A DNA stretch of 62,522 nt from Polyangiaceae bacterium (GTDB lineage Bacteria > Myxococcota_A > Polyangia > Polyangiales > Polyangiaceae). Positions 62,290 through 62,522 of the stretch are shown here, piece by piece. Each line of letters starts with the position of its first letter. Within the stretch, counting starts at the first letter, position 1. Below the pieces are notes generated by a model, which saw nothing but the letters and a program-made list of their open reading frames with translations, did no database searches and was not told the origin of the DNA. The translations under genes and the position numbers were made by a program. Location of the stretch: the NCBI GenBank assembly GCA_033763455.1, contig JANRKO010000087.1, forward strand, positions 1-62,522, read 5' to 3'.

Positions 62290-62368
62290 GTGATCCGAAT
62301 CGAGTTCGGCAAGAGTGATCGGTGCCAGTTCGGCAAGAGTGATCCGCGCCAGTTCGGCAAGAGTGATC
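62290..62368 (+). repeat. Subterminal 24/25-bp tandem repeats of the IS end
   Basis: GTGATC at 62290, 62315, 62339 and 62363; the first three are followed by AGTTCGGCAAGA. Confidence 0.9.
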
Positions 62369-62472
62369 CGTCGGGGGATCCAGCTTAACTGGAATGATCT
62401 GTAGAAATAGGAACGTGCGTCTGGACTCGATGATCGACCCTGCTTTCGCGGTGAAAAACCGAGGAGGCCAGG

Positions 62473-62522
62473 ATGAGGAGTATCACGATGTTTCGATTGC
62501 AAGAGCTGGTGCGGTTGCACCG
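62473..62522 (+). CDS. istA: IS21-family transposase IstA, N-terminal fragment
   Basis: GGAGGAGG SD, then MRSITMFRLQELVRLH(R), resembling the first helix of the IstA HTH; only 16 codons are visible. Confidence 0.6.
   Translation, partial: MRSITMFRLQELVRLH

Larger units (their letters stand above)
62272..62522 (+). mobile_element. Left end of an IS21-family insertion sequence (truncated by the window edge)
   Basis: TG terminus (TGTCAC), subterminal tandem GTGATC-N6/7-AGTTCGGCAAGA units, then an SD and the start of an IstA-like ORF. Confidence 0.75.

Noticed and set aside
62290..62368. Possible CRISPR array
   Set aside because: Spacers are only 6-7 nt and there are no cas genes; the context fits IS21 subterminal repeats.
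62131..62520. 129-aa minus-strand ORF with ITLAELAR repeats
   Set aside because: It is the translation of the 24-bp IS-end repeats, not a credible gene.

Overview
A 62.5-kb chromosomal segment from a GC-rich myxobacterium, most likely Polyangiaceae/Sorangiineae-like. The assignment is inferred from three Hanks-type Ser/Thr kinases, FHA, PEGA/TPR, MJ0042-GYF and choice-of-anchor L proteins, and khpA inside the rpsP operon. Most of the window is core genome: pheA, gltA, gltBD, map, rpsP-khpA-rimM-trmD-SPOUT, rpmB, xerD, trpG-trpD-trpC, truB, gatCA, and rpsB-tsf with its leader RNA. After tsf the usual pyrH-frr neighbours are absent and an accessory stretch follows. It holds a nucleotidyltransferase, a GT39-like glycosyltransferase, a lipoprotein bracketed by 73-bp direct repeats, a broken DUF559 nuclease and the left end of an IS21-family element at the window edge. 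The most interesting signals are four. (1) A dispersed family of GC-rich palindromic intergenic repeats whose densest cluster sits just upstream of the DUF559 gene, a candidate repeat-plus-nuclease mobile system. (2) A recurring -10 box 6-9 nt before start codons, suggesting widespread leaderless mRNAs. (3) Several apparent pseudoenzymes: a His-less Fic domain fused to histone-like, EK-repeat and acidic regions, a miniature Thr-less GGT-like protein paired with a degenerate DUF72, and a YxxC NifU domain. (4) Compact structured intergenic RNA candidates. I saw no tRNA, rRNA or CRISPR array. All calls come from manual reading; no database searches were run.
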